Part shown: in pieces, positions 49,782 to 59,336 of the stretch | Layout of the letters: the number at the start of each line of letters is the position of its first letter | How positions within the stretch are numbered: the stretch's first letter is position 1 | From: Prevotellaceae bacterium UBA1743 | GTDB lineage: Bacteria > Bacteroidota > Bacteroidia > Bacteroidales > Bacteroidaceae | Reading direction: 5' to 3' | NCBI GenBank assembly: GCA_002314945.1 | Contig: DCHV01000072.1 | Location: forward strand, 991-64,990 | DNA: 64,000 nucleotides | Program-made: the position numbers and the translations under genes | The notes under the pieces: generated by a model | What the model saw: only the letters and a program-made list of their open reading frames with translations | Databases searched by the model: none | What the model was told of the DNA's origin: nothing

Positions 49782-50443
49782 AGGTTCTCTGCCACAATCA
49801 AATCAAAGGGAGTGGTCAGTTTGATGTTTTCGCGATTACCCTCGACCAACGAAATGGGATGTCCCGCCTGTTCCACCACACTGGCATCATCCGTAAAGGA
49901 TGGATGGTAGGACTGCAGATAGGCTTCCTTTAGCACATCTATACGAAAGGTCTGTGGCGTCTGTACCAAACGATAATGATCACGGTCTTGTGTACAACTT
50001 CCGCCTTCGGGCAAAAGCATCCTCAATGTTTCCACTACAGGTACAACAGGAATGGCGGCTCCAGACTTTTCCGCTTCGTCGAAGCAGCGATGGATAGTGT
50101 CTGAGGACACAAAAGGGCGCACTCCATCATGTATTGCCACCAGGCCAGAGACATCGCTCGGAATCTTGGACAGGCCATTCTTTACCGAATCAAAACGGGT
50201 AGCCCCACCCTCGGCCATCTGTACGGGCATGTCAAATTCATACTGCTGACATAATTCCTTCCAATAGGCTTGTTGCAGGGCAGGTAGAACCAATACGATA
50301 TGGATGTCTGGTATCGTGTCCCGAAAGGCTTCCACAGTGCGCATCAGCACTGGCTTCCCGCCTATGGGAAGAAACTGCTTGGGAACTTCGCCCCCCATCC
50401 GCAGGCCTTTCCCTCCTGCGACCAACACCACATACTTTTCCAT
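49769..50443 (-). CDS. ispD: 2-C-methyl-D-erythritol 4-phosphate cytidylyltransferase
   Basis: [20 protein letters not shown] and HDGVRPF motifs. The start is taken at MEKYVV (50443), 4 nt downstream of the stop of the preceding gene, rather than the longer track ORF. Confidence 0.88.
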   Translation of the reverse strand: MEKYVVLVAGGKGLRMGGEVPKQFLPIGGKPVLMRTVEAFRDTIPDIHIVLVLPALQQAYWKELCQQYEFDMPVQMAEGGATRFDSVKNGLSKIPSDVSGLVAIHDGVRPFVSSDTIHRCFDEAEKSGAAIPVVPVVETLRMLLPEGGSCTQDRDHYRLVQTPQTFRIDVLKEAYLQSYHPSFTDDASVVEQAGHPISLVEGNRENIKLTTPFDLIVAENLCKT

Positions 50444-50447
50444 ATTG

Positions 50448-51002
50448 TTATTTGGCCAATTCGGCATACACCATTCCCTCACGCAAAGGACGGATTACAT
50501 CTTCACCCAGAAAAGCCTCGGCTATTGTATAACCAAATTCCATAGAAGCGCCAGGGCCCTTACCTGTGATAAACTGCCCATCCACCTCGACCAGATTGCC
50601 TGTGTAAAAAGCGCCTTCCAAGTCGTCCTCACATCCGGGATAGCACGTCACACGAACACCTCGTAGAATACCCATGTGACCATATACTTTGGGTGCTGCA
50701 CAGATGGCAGCTAAGGGCTTACCTGCCTCATATTGACGACGAATGGCTTCGCGGAGAGGTTGACAAGCGTCCAAATGGGCGCTCCCAGGCATTCCGCCCG
50801 GTAGTATCAGCATGTCTGCCAAAGCCAAATCCATCTCGTCAAACAAGATGTCGGCCTCTACACCTATCTGGTGAGAACCATACACAAGACGTTCTCCTGT
50901 CACAGAAACCGTCTGCACGGGAAGACCTGCGCGACGTAAAATATCGATGGGCGACAAAGCTTCTATTTCCTCAAAACCAGTGGCCAAAAAGACATAAATC
51001 AT
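50448..51002 (-). CDS. DJ-1/PfpI family protein
   Basis: GFEEIEAL...LILPGG...AICAAP nucleophile-elbow motif, 184 aa. Confidence 0.85.
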   Translation of the reverse strand: MIYVFLATGFEEIEALSPIDILRRAGLPVQTVSVTGERLVYGSHQIGVEADILFDEMDLALADMLILPGGMPGSAHLDACQPLREAIRRQYEAGKPLAAICAAPKVYGHMGILRGVRVTCYPGCEDDLEGAFYTGNLVEVDGQFITGKGPGASMEFGYTIAEAFLGEDVIRPLREGMVYAELAK

Positions 51003-51055
51003 AGCACTAAATATTATTTTTGATTAAACAATGTGGCAAAGTTAGGAAAAAAACC

Positions 51056-51063
51056 TAACTTTG
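51056..51063 (+). promoter_or_regulatory. -7 box TAACTTTG for nadK, embedded in a 10 bp inverted repeat
   Basis: Matches TAnnTTTG. CAAAGTTAGG (51037-51046) and CCTAACTTTG (51054-51063) form a hairpin or palindrome. The box lies inside the track ORF's 5' extension, which supports the ATG at 51084. Confidence 0.55.
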
Positions 51064-51083
51064 CAAAACAAACAATCGGCAAA

Positions 51084-51968
51084 ATGAATCCATCTTCTCG
51101 ATTCGCCATTTTCGGCAACATATATCAAAATGACTCAGCGACCAGTTTCCGACAACTCTTGTCGTTGCTGCATCAACGGGGAGTCTCACTTCTTGTCGAT
51201 GAATCCCTCTACACTTTCCTCTCCGCAAAGGGGAGCAAAGATCTTCCTCCCTGCGACCTCCTCCACGACAACCATTTCCAAGCAGACTATGCAGTGGTAA
51301 TGGGAGGTGATGGGACATTCCTTGAGGCTGCACGTCGTGTTGGCAACAAGAGGATTCCCATCCTGGGCATCAACATGGGAAGATTGGGCTTTTTGGCAGA
51401 TTTTTCCCCTGCAGAGATTGGGGATGCTGTGCAGCAATTATTTGATGGATCTCTGCGTACCGAGGATCATACCGTACTCGGGCTCTCCTATTCTGAGGGA
51501 GTGCCCGCGAGTTATCCGTTTGCCCTGAATGAAGTGGCTGTCCTCAAGCGCGACAATTCCAGTATGATAAGTATCCGAGTAGAGGTGGATGGTTCCTATT
51601 TGACCACATATCAGGCTGACGGACTCATCATCAATACTCCTACAGGAAGTACTGGTTATGCCTTGTCTGTGGGCGGACCTATCATGTCTCCCACCTGTCG
51701 CAATCTGGGATTGGTACCTGTAGCACCTCACAGTTTGACGATGCGCCCTATCACCTTGTGCGATGATGTAGAAATTACTCTTACGGTAGAGAGTCGAAGT
51801 CACAACTTCCTGGTAGCTATCGATGGACGTAGTGAGCCTTGTCCAGAAGAGGTTCGACTTACTATACGACGTGCCTCATACCCTATCCGTGTACTTCGTC
51901 GTTCGTCAGGTTCCTTCTTCCACACCCTACGCACCAAGATGATGTGGGGCAGCGATGTCAGAATATGA
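51084..51968 (+). CDS. nadK: NAD kinase
   Basis: VVMGGDGTFL, NMGRLGFL and TPTGSTGYALS motifs. Confidence 0.9.
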   Translation: MNPSSRFAIFGNIYQNDSATSFRQLLSLLHQRGVSLLVDESLYTFLSAKGSKDLPPCDLLHDNHFQADYAVVMGGDGTFLEAARRVGNKRIPILGINMGRLGFLADFSPAEIGDAVQQLFDGSLRTEDHTVLGLSYSEGVPASYPFALNEVAVLKRDNSSMISIRVEVDGSYLTTYQADGLIINTPTGSTGYALSVGGPIMSPTCRNLGLVPVAPHSLTMRPITLCDDVEITLTVESRSHNFLVAIDGRSEPCPEEVRLTIRRASYPIRVLRRSSGSFFHTLRTKMMWGSDVRI

Positions 51969-53638
51969 AAGCCTTTTCCTTTACATCACTGACCCATTCC
52001 AAGATACTTGGTAGATGGCTATGGGATATGTCTCAAGGGCTTCGAGGCAAGGCTTTGTGTAATGCTATGATAGGCATTCTGATGGTAGCTTTGGATTTCG
52101 CCTTCATCCTTGCCAGCAAATACACCATCGACATAGCCACGGGATGTCGTCAAGGAAACCTCATTGGGGGAGCGACGATGCTGATTTGTGTAGCCTTAGG
52201 CAGAATTTCCCTCGCCTTCGTACGACGCTGGGTCTCCTCCATGTTGGGAGTGAAGGCCCAAAACAAGTTACAAACGCGCATTTTCAGCCATTTGATGCAT
52301 AGCACATGGTCAGGGTTGGAACGTCATCACAGTGGTGATGTCTTGAACCGCTTAGAGATGGATGTATCGGACGTGAAACAGGTAATAACCGACACGCTAC
52401 CCGATATGATTACCGTATTGGTGCGTCTAACCATCGCCTTTGTACTGATAGCTACATACGATATTCGTCTGGCATTTGTCATGGTGTGTATTGCACCTGT
52501 CTTCATTCTTCTCAGCAAAGTATATATCCGACGGATGCGCGCCATCAATCGCGAGGTGCGAGCCACCGATAGCCGTATTCAGAGTCTCTTGCAGGAGAGT
52601 GTGCTGCATCGTATGGTTCTCAAGGCTTTGGAACAAGAAGAACTGATTATCGGAAAACTCTCATCTGAACAAGCGTATTTGACCAAGCAAGTACACGAGC
52701 GTACTCATTTTGCCAGCCTCTCGGGTTTGCTTATCAATGTAGGCTTCAGTACAGGTTATCTCGTCACATTCCTTTGGGGGGCACATAGCCTGCAACAGGG
52801 GCTAATCACCTACGGCACCATGCTCGCATTTGTACAGTTGGTAGGACAGATTCAGGGCCCTTTCCGCGAAATGACACGCTTCATACCACTTTTCATCAGT
52901 AGCATTACGGCCAGCGAACGTCTGATGGAACTGGAGGATTCACCATTGGAGGAAAAAGGTAAACCAGTTTATTTCACTCAGGGTGCAGGAATTCGGATAG
53001 AGAACGTAACGTATGCGTATCAAAAGGGGAAACGATCTGTCATTCAGAATCTCAGTTATGATTTCCCCATAGGGAGCACTACAGCCATACTCGGGGAAAC
53101 AGGAGCAGGGAAGACCACCTTGATCCGTCTCATCCTCGCATTACTCAAACCCGATGAAGGGAATGTCCGTATCTATGATGAGAACCATTCTGTACAAGCC
53201 AGTTCCTTGACTCGTTGCAACCTGGTGTATGTACCACAAGGCAACAGCCTCTTCAGTGGAACGGTTCGCGAAAATCTCTTGATGGGCAATGCCAAAGCTA
53301 CCGAGCAGGAAATGGCAGACGCGCTCCGAACTGCCTGTGCCGATTTCGTTTTCCAGCTTCCCCTGGGCCTTGATGCACGCTGTGGAGAACAAGGTGCAGG
53401 ATTGAGCGAAGGGCAATCACAACGTATTGCCATAGCTCGTGCTTTACTACGCAAGGGGAGCATTCTATTGCTGGATGAAGCCACGAGTGCCCTTGATCCA
53501 GCCACCGAGAAAACCCTACTTCACAATCTTTCGTTGCACGACCCAGGATTCCCCCTCACCATCCTTTGCATTACGCATCGCCCTGCCGTAATGGAATATT
53601 GTACACAGACACTTCAATTGGAGCGCCACGTTTTCTAA
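51965..53638 (+). CDS. ABC exporter, fused permease/ATPase (MsbA-like type)
   Basis: Six-TM N-terminal domain, Walker A GETGAGKTT, signature LSEGQSQR and Walker B ILLLDEATSALD. The start ATG overlaps the nadK stop (ATGA). Confidence 0.85.
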   Translation: MKAFSFTSLTHSKILGRWLWDMSQGLRGKALCNAMIGILMVALDFAFILASKYTIDIATGCRQGNLIGGATMLICVALGRISLAFVRRWVSSMLGVKAQNKLQTRIFSHLMHSTWSGLERHHSGDVLNRLEMDVSDVKQVITDTLPDMITVLVRLTIAFVLIATYDIRLAFVMVCIAPVFILLSKVYIRRMRAINREVRATDSRIQSLLQESVLHRMVLKALEQEELIIGKLSSEQAYLTKQVHERTHFASLSGLLINVGFSTGYLVTFLWGAHSLQQGLITYGTMLAFVQLVGQIQGPFREMTRFIPLFISSITASERLMELEDSPLEEKGKPVYFTQGAGIRIENVTYAYQKGKRSVIQNLSYDFPIGSTTAILGETGAGKTTLIRLILALLKPDEGNVRIYDENHSVQASSLTRCNLVYVPQGNSLFSGTVRENLLMGNAKATEQEMADALRTACADFVFQLPLGLDARCGEQGAGLSEGQSQRIAIARALLRKGSILLLDEATSALDPATEKTLLHNLSLHDPGFPLTILCITHRPAVMEYCTQTLQLERHVF

Positions 53639-53664
53639 TTCTCACATTCCATCTGCATGTATAT

Positions 53665-53752
53665 AAAAAGATAGCGGATGCTCACGCACACGCTATCTCA
53701 AAAGTGTATATTTATGAAAAAACTATTACTTCAAAACTATGTTTCCTTCTCT
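53665..53752 (-). ncRNA. Candidate ~90 nt small RNA defined by a promoter and an intrinsic terminator
   Basis: A minus-strand promoter (see 53760-53790) is followed ~60 nt downstream by hairpin AGATAGCG / CGCTATCT (53669-53676 / 53691-53698). That hairpin is followed by TTTTATAT only in the minus orientation. There is no ATG-initiated ORF in between, and no minus-strand gene nearby that would need this terminator. Confidence 0.35.
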
Positions 53753-53759
53753 TTCGGTG

Positions 53760-53790
53760 CAAAGGTATGGCAATATTTTCGTTACGCAAA
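53760..53790 (-). promoter_or_regulatory. -33 TTTG / -7 TACCTTTG promoter facing left (antisense to the neighbouring genes)
   Basis: Plus-strand CAAAGGTA (53760-53767) and CAAA (53787-53790) give, on the minus strand, TTTG, a 19 nt spacer, then TACCTTTG. Confidence 0.45.
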
Positions 53791-53878
53791 ATTTTTCTGT
53801 ATTTATTTTCAAAAAAGGGAATATTGCTGAAAGTGCAATACGAGGTATTACTAAGAATCTCCGATACCTAACCAATGT

Positions 53879-53911
53879 GTTATCGATGGGTTATCGATGG
53901 GTTATCGATGG
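53879..53911. repeat. Three perfect tandem copies of the 11 bp unit GTTATCGATGG
   Basis: Read directly from the sequence. It lies between the divergent promoters at 53760-53790 (minus) and 54005-54035 (plus). Confidence 0.9.
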
Positions 53912-54004
53912 AAGAAAGAAGAGTACACGAACTGAGTTCCCTATGTAAAAAGGAGAAAAGAAGCCAAGTGACGGTCTATGCAAAGAAGAATAATGGGATG
54001 ATGC

Positions 54005-54035
54005 TTTGAGATAAACTAAAAAACACCTACATTTG
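54005..54035 (+). promoter_or_regulatory. -33 TTTG / -7 TACATTTG promoter for the GH78-like gene
   Basis: TTTG at 54005-54008, a 19 nt spacer, then TACATTTG at 54028-54035. The ATG is at 54064. Confidence 0.6.
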
Positions 54036-54063
54036 CACCGTTTTATTTAATATTTTCGGTGAA

Positions 54064-55866
54064 ATGATGAAATACAATAGATTTTCAGTATTGTTGTGCG
54101 TGCTTTTCGCAGCACAATCCATGATGGGACAGCTACACTTTCCTCCTGCATTCGGAGGAGATACGGTAAACGTACGACAAGACAAAATGACGCGCGTCTA
54201 TATTGCCCCCAAACGTATCGTATGGAAAAGCAATGAGGCTGCTGTGACAGACGCAGACAAACTGCTGGAGATAAACACAGGACAGGCCGACTTGTTTACC
54301 GACAATATGTGTCACATGATAAACAAGGGCGAGCAGAAAGCGAGTATCATCCTCGATTTCGGCCGTGAACTTCATGGTGGGCTGAAACTGGTAGTGAGCA
54401 GTTGTAACCCATCGCTGAAACCAATGTTCCGTCTGCGTTTCGGCGAATCCGTCACAGAGACTTGCTCCGAGACAAAGGAGGGAGAATTGGAGAACGTGGG
54501 AGAAATTATGGACTTGGAGAGCCTGACTGCCACCAACGACCACGCCACACGCGACATGAGGTTTATGGTCCCCTACTATGGACAGATGGAAGTGGGGAGT
54601 ACAGGATTCCGTTTTGTACGTATTGACCTGCTCACTGAGGACATAGAAGTATGTCTCAAGGAGGTGAATGCCATCTTCCGCTACAAGGACATCCCCTATA
54701 TCGGTAGTTTCAAATGCAGCAACGACCGACTGAACAAGATATGGGAAACAGGAGCCTACACCGTCCACCTGAATATGCAAGAATACATCTGGGACGGCAT
54801 CAAGCGCGACCGCCTCGTTTGGTTGGGCGATATGCACCCCGAGACAAGCACTATCAGCACCGTATTTGGCGATGATGATAGTTTCTATGCCAGCATGGAC
54901 CTGGCTGTGAAGCAATACCCCTTGCCCAACTACATGAACGGGATGAGCGCCTACTCAATGTGGTACATCATCATCCAGCATGACTGGTACATGCAGAACG
55001 GCAACCTGAAATTCCTGCAGAAGCACAAGGACTATATCTTCGGACTAATAGACCTTTTCGACGAACATATCCATGCCGACGGCTCAGAGGATTTGGGAGG
55101 TGGACGATTCCTGGATTGGCCGAGCAACGGAAATCCCAAGGGTGCAGAAGCGGGATACAGAGCTTTGCTGTGTCTGGCCTTGCAAGATGCCAACAGGTTG
55201 GCACTTATCCTAGGCGACAAGGCAAAAGCTCAAAAAGCAGTAGATGCTGAGAAACGATTGAAGAAAGAGATACAGGAGCCTAACAACCTGAAACAAGCCG
55301 CCTCACTGATGGCTATCGCAGGTCTCATGTCTCCCGAAGCAGCATGCAAGAACTACGTGTCCGTAGGAGGAGCCAAAGGATTCTCCACCTTCTACGGTTA
55401 CTATATGCTGGAAGCACTCTCCCTGGCAGGCAAATACGAAGAGGCGATGGATATCATCAGCCAGTTCTGGGGAGGAATGCTTGATCTTGGAGCCACCACT
55501 TTCTGGGAAGATTTCAATCTGGAATGGACAAAGAATGCAGCACGCATCGACGATTTCGTACCCCAGGGCAAGGATGACATTCACGGCGATTTCGGAGCCT
55601 ATTGCTACCCCGGATTCCGTCACAGTTTCTGCCACGGATGGGCAAGCGGACCTACTGCATGGATGAGCCATCATGTATTGGGAGTAGAAGTCGTAGAACC
55701 TGGTTGCAAAAAGGTACGCATCACCCCCCATTTAGGCAAACTGCAATGGGCAGAGGGTACCTACCCCACTCCAAATGGAGTCATCCGCATCAGACACGAG
55801 AAGAAAGCCGACGGCACAATCAAATCGACTATCAAGGCACCTAAGGGTGTCAAGGTAGTCAAATAG
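54064..55866 (+). CDS. GH78-like (alpha-L-rhamnosidase-related) six-hairpin glycoside hydrolase
   Basis: Signal peptide. WDGIKRDRLVWLGD resembles the GH78 DxPxRER.GW.GD hallmark. The C-terminal part has FWEDF...FCHGWASGP. Confidence 0.6.
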   Translation: MMKYNRFSVLLCVLFAAQSMMGQLHFPPAFGGDTVNVRQDKMTRVYIAPKRIVWKSNEAAVTDADKLLEINTGQADLFTDNMCHMINKGEQKASIILDFGRELHGGLKLVVSSCNPSLKPMFRLRFGESVTETCSETKEGELENVGEIMDLESLTATNDHATRDMRFMVPYYGQMEVGSTGFRFVRIDLLTEDIEVCLKEVNAIFRYKDIPYIGSFKCSNDRLNKIWETGAYTVHLNMQEYIWDGIKRDRLVWLGDMHPETSTISTVFGDDDSFYASMDLAVKQYPLPNYMNGMSAYSMWYIIIQHDWYMQNGNLKFLQKHKDYIFGLIDLFDEHIHADGSEDLGGGRFLDWPSNGNPKGAEAGYRALLCLALQDANRLALILGDKAKAQKAVDAEKRLKKEIQEPNNLKQAASLMAIAGLMSPEAACKNYVSVGGAKGFSTFYGYYMLEALSLAGKYEEAMDIISQFWGGMLDLGATTFWEDFNLEWTKNAARIDDFVPQGKDDIHGDFGAYCYPGFRHSFCHGWASGPTAWMSHHVLGVEVVEPGCKKVRITPHLGKLQWAEGTYPTPNGVIRIRHEKKADGTIKSTIKAPKGVKVVK

Positions 55867-55923
55867 TCATCATAATTACTTTTTTACACAATTAATCGTT
55901 ATTAAAAATTATTCTTTGAGAAA

Positions 55924-56640
55924 ATGAAGAGATTGATTTTGGCAGCCTTTGCTGTCCTCTCGATGTGTCCCGTGATGGCACAGGACAAGGTGGAAGCACA
56001 TCTGGGTGCGGATTTCGTAAGTTCATACCTATGGCGCGGCCAGGAGTACGCAGGAGTAAGTGTTCAACCCATGACTTCACTGGAATGGAAAGGGTTCAAC
56101 GTAGGCGCATGGGGCTCGTTTGCCATAGCACCTCAGAAAAAGTTCAGTGAAACACAGGAGGAACTTGACTTGAATCTCGGCTACAGCATAGGCGGCTTCA
56201 ATATCGGTGTAGTTGATTACTTTACATTCGGTGGAACTCCTTTCTTCCGCTATGGAAACCGCTATCAGTCGAACCATACCTTCGAAGCAAATGTCGGTTA
56301 TGATTTCGGTTTCTTGAATGTCAATTGGAGTACAAACTTTGCCGGTTGTGATGGTGACACGATGGATGGTAAGAGAGCATATTCAAGCTATCTGCAGTTG
56401 GACGCTCCTTTTACCTTAGGCAAGATAGATTGGACAGCATCGTTAGGTATTGTTCCTTATCGTGCTGAATACTACTACCAGGACATCAGCAGTGGCTTCC
56501 ACATCAATCAGGTGGCACTTCGTGGCGACTATTCCATCAAGTTCCCTCATTTCGAACTGCCTGTATTCGCTCAGCTCATGGCCAACCCCAGTAGCCAGCA
56601 CTTCTTCTACTGCTTTGGCTTCACACTAAAGGCTCTGTAG
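55924..56640 (+). CDS. Small outer-membrane beta-barrel protein (TorF/Gcw-like putative porin)
   Basis: Signal peptide, alternating amphipathic strands (FVSSYLWRGQEYAG...), and a C-terminal aromatic strand FGFTLKAL. Confidence 0.6.
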   Translation: MKRLILAAFAVLSMCPVMAQDKVEAHLGADFVSSYLWRGQEYAGVSVQPMTSLEWKGFNVGAWGSFAIAPQKKFSETQEELDLNLGYSIGGFNIGVVDYFTFGGTPFFRYGNRYQSNHTFEANVGYDFGFLNVNWSTNFAGCDGDTMDGKRAYSSYLQLDAPFTLGKIDWTASLGIVPYRAEYYYQDISSGFHINQVALRGDYSIKFPHFELPVFAQLMANPSSQHFFYCFGFTLKAL

Positions 56641-57491
56641 TGAACAAGCGAGTCGCTATCATCACAGGTGCCGACGGAGGCATGGGATACGAGGAGACCA
56701 AGGCAATAGCGCACGAAGGATATACGACGCTGATGGCTTGCTACGACCCTGATGCAGCCGAAGAGAAACGAAGCAAGATAGCAGAGGAGACAGGAAATGA
56801 TGACGTCCACATTCTCTCCCTCAATCTGGCTGACCTCGGTGCTGTGAAAGCGTTCTCCGACAAGATAAAACAACAATACACTCATATCGACCTGCTCATG
56901 AACAATGCAGGTACGATGGAACAAAGGCTCCACGAGACAGTGGACGGATTGGAAAGAACCGTCAGCGTCAACTACGTGGGGCCTTTCCTACTCACACGAC
57001 TCCTGCTTCCCCTCATGGGACGCGGGAGTCGTATTGTGAATATGGTGTCCAGTTCCATCTGCATCGGAAAGTTGGAACTTCCCTATTTCTTCCAGCGTGG
57101 CAGAAAGGGAGGATTCTGGCGCATCCCTGTGTATGCCAACACCAAACTTGCCCTGCTTCTCTTTACCCTGGAATTGGCCAAGCGCGTGGAGAAAGATGGC
57201 ATTACCGTCAATGCAGCAGACCCTGGCAATACCAATACGGAAATCATCCGTTTTCACACGTGCTTCGACAAACTGACGGATTTATTCTTCCGTCCCTTCA
57301 TACACACACCTCGGGAAGGAGCCGAAACCGCCATCCAACTTCTCCTTGCACCAGAGAAAGAAGGACTCACAGGCACGTTGAACAAGGATAATCACATTGT
57401 GCCCCTTGGCAGGAGATACATCCACCATCCCCTGAGACAAGTCCTCTGGGATGAAACGGAACAGATTGTCCAGACATTTTTGAACCCCTGA
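56640..57491 (+). CDS. Short-chain dehydrogenase/reductase (SDR) family oxidoreductase
   Basis: A GTG start is needed to keep the TGADGGMG dinucleotide-binding motif. NNAG and YANTK (YxxxK) motifs are present. Confidence 0.8.
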   Translation: MNKRVAIITGADGGMGYEETKAIAHEGYTTLMACYDPDAAEEKRSKIAEETGNDDVHILSLNLADLGAVKAFSDKIKQQYTHIDLLMNNAGTMEQRLHETVDGLERTVSVNYVGPFLLTRLLLPLMGRGSRIVNMVSSSICIGKLELPYFFQRGRKGGFWRIPVYANTKLALLLFTLELAKRVEKDGITVNAADPGNTNTEIIRFHTCFDKLTDLFFRPFIHTPREGAETAIQLLLAPEKEGLTGTLNKDNHIVPLGRRYIHHPLRQVLWDETEQIVQTFLNP

Positions 57492-57493
57492 AA

Positions 57494-57530
57494 ATACCCA
57501 TCAATTCACCAATCGATGGGTATTTTTTTT
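57494..57530 (+). terminator. Rho-independent terminator after the SDR gene
   Basis: Stem ATACCCATC / GATGGGTAT followed by TTTTTTTT. Confidence 0.85.
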
Positions 57531-57637
57531 GTCAAAACAAAGAGGTATATGCAGAGTCATACAGAGGAGTTCGAAATTGTATAAAAAAGTGCAAAAAATT
57601 ATTCCCTTTTTTTCTTTGCTACTATTACAATTTGTTC

Positions 57638-57645
57638 TAATTTTG
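57638..57645 (+). promoter_or_regulatory. -7 box TAATTTTG for the 57669 gene
   Basis: Matches TAnnTTTG, 24 nt upstream of the ATG. Confidence 0.55.
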
Positions 57646-57668
57646 CACCCCGAAAAATTAGACAAGCA

Positions 57669-58409
57669 ATGCAAGCTAGAGAATCACTTATAAATATCCT
57701 AAGGGCACTTGCGGAACTCCAGATTCCCTTTGTCCGACAATCGTTTGTCAATTTCCTGATTGGCAATGAGTCGGAAGAATCGGACAGGGAACATTGGGAT
57801 GATCTGGAAACATTTGGCATAGGCGATATGCACGATGACGAATACTGGAACAACATCATCGATGCTGCCATCGAACAAGGGTATCTGAAATACAAATCCA
57901 CAAAGAATGCCACATTGATACCCACTGCCAGTGGAAAGAAGTTTCTGAAGAAGCCAGTGGATTTCGAGATAAAAGAAGAGGATGAAGAAATAGGAGCAGA
58001 TATCAGCAATCGTGAAGAGGAGATACAGGATATCATGGCTGATATGAACAATCAGAAGGGAAAAACTGTGGATTTTTCCGTCCAAACCTCTACAAAGACA
58101 AAACTGCAAATCAAAATCATTCATGCCATTGATCGCAAGATGGCATTGGATGACTTGGCCGAAAGTGAACACATCGACCTGGATGAATTGCTCGATGAAC
58201 TGGAAAAACTCATTGCCCAGGGACGCAAGTTGGACATCACGTATTTTACGGATGAAGTATTGGGCAGCGAATATATGAAGGAACTTCTCGACTACTTCAC
58301 TTCAGCTCCCTCCGACAATATCGAAGAGGCTGTGAATGAGTTCGGAGATGTATATAATCTCGAGGAACTTCGCTTGGCACGAGTGGTATTCCGTGCTTCG
58401 AAACTATAA
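57669..58409 (+). CDS. Stand-alone RQC-like winged-helix plus HTH_40-like DNA-binding protein (no helicase core)
   Basis: The N-terminus (LINILRALAEL...FLIGNES...LETFGIG...EYWNNIIDAAIEQGYL) matches the pattern of the RecQ C-terminal winged helix. An acidic linker follows, then a C-terminal helical module like those at the ends of SF1/SF2 helicases. Confidence 0.5.
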   Translation: MQARESLINILRALAELQIPFVRQSFVNFLIGNESEESDREHWDDLETFGIGDMHDDEYWNNIIDAAIEQGYLKYKSTKNATLIPTASGKKFLKKPVDFEIKEEDEEIGADISNREEEIQDIMADMNNQKGKTVDFSVQTSTKTKLQIKIIHAIDRKMALDDLAESEHIDLDELLDELEKLIAQGRKLDITYFTDEVLGSEYMKELLDYFTSAPSDNIEEAVNEFGDVYNLEELRLARVVFRASKL

Positions 58410-58423
58410 GGGAAACAGGGAAA

Positions 58424-59197
58424 TCACTTCCCTTGGATAATTGTCTTCAACAGAAGGGGATCGTTGGTGGTAATCAAGTGGATCCCCTTTCTTTGTACAT
58501 GCTCACGTAATTTTTCCTCACCATCCACTGTCCATACGTTTACCTCCATACCACAACGGGCAGCCTCTTCCAACCATTCCGAGTGTTTGGCAAAGACATC
58601 AAGATGATAATCCACCCCATTGCATCCCAATTGCTTCTGTGCCTCGGCCGGTGATAATTCGCCATTGAGATAGGCATTCTTTGCTTCAGGAACCAATTCG
58701 TGCAACCGCTGACAGACACGTCGGCTGAAGGAAATGTACTCCACCTGCTTCTCCATGTCCAACTGCTTGACCAGCCTTACCACTATTTCTGTCACCTTGT
58801 CATCACGTTCCTGTGTGCTATGAGGTTTTATCTCCAGGATGAGTTTCGTCTCTGGAAGTTTCTTGGCCATCTGCAGATATTGCGGCAAAGTGGGCAAAAA
58901 TTCTCCGTTTGACAGTTGGCGGAACTGCATCTGCGGATAAGGCGTATCCTCTATCTTAGTTCCTTCCCATTTTGAATCGTGAAACACCACAGGCACTCCA
59001 TCAGGGGTGAGCCACACATCCAGTTCCGAACCATAGCAACCTATCTCATCTGCTTTCAGCAAGGATGTCAGTGAGTTTTGGGCACTACCCTCCGTACGCC
59101 AATAGCCACGATGGGCCACTATCTTTGGTTGGGCAAAAGAAGGAATCTCCAGCAAAGATGTCAAAATGACTGCAAAAACAATTCTTTTCATATACAT
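58424..59197 (-). CDS. Glycerophosphodiester phosphodiesterase family protein
   Basis: Signal peptide plus IVAHRGYW, ENS-like QNSL, and GSELDVWLTPDGVPVVFHD motifs. Confidence 0.85.
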   Translation of the reverse strand: MYMKRIVFAVILTSLLEIPSFAQPKIVAHRGYWRTEGSAQNSLTSLLKADEIGCYGSELDVWLTPDGVPVVFHDSKWEGTKIEDTPYPQMQFRQLSNGEFLPTLPQYLQMAKKLPETKLILEIKPHSTQERDDKVTEIVVRLVKQLDMEKQVEYISFSRRVCQRLHELVPEAKNAYLNGELSPAEAQKQLGCNGVDYHLDVFAKHSEWLEEAARCGMEVNVWTVDGEEKLREHVQRKGIHLITTNDPLLLKTIIQGK

Positions 59198-59225
59198 TTC
59201 GTTGTATTGTCTTCCGTTTCTCCCA

Positions 59226-59233
59226 CAAAGTTA
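59226..59233 (-). promoter_or_regulatory. -7 box TAACTTTG (minus strand) for the GDPD gene
   Basis: The plus-strand sequence CAAAGTTA is the reverse complement of TAACTTTG, ~30 nt upstream of the start. Confidence 0.55.
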
Positions 59234-59297
59234 GCGATTTCTATCCATCAAGCCAAGTATTTTCGCCAAAGATGTACCGATTATGAAAACAATACCC

Positions 59298-59305
59298 TAT
59301 CTTTG
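59298..59305 (+). promoter_or_regulatory. -7 box TATCTTTG for SASA esterase copy 2
   Basis: Matches TAnnTTTG, 32 nt upstream of the ATG at 59337. Confidence 0.55.
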
Positions 59306-59336
59306 TTAAAACAATACTGATAATTTACCATAAATT

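Noticed and set aside
53755-54040. Invertible (phase-variable) promoter bounded by the 13 bp inverted repeats
   Set aside because: The inverted repeats are simply two outward-facing promoter cores. No site-specific recombinase gene is nearby. The repeats are shorter than typical Bacteroidales invertase sites.
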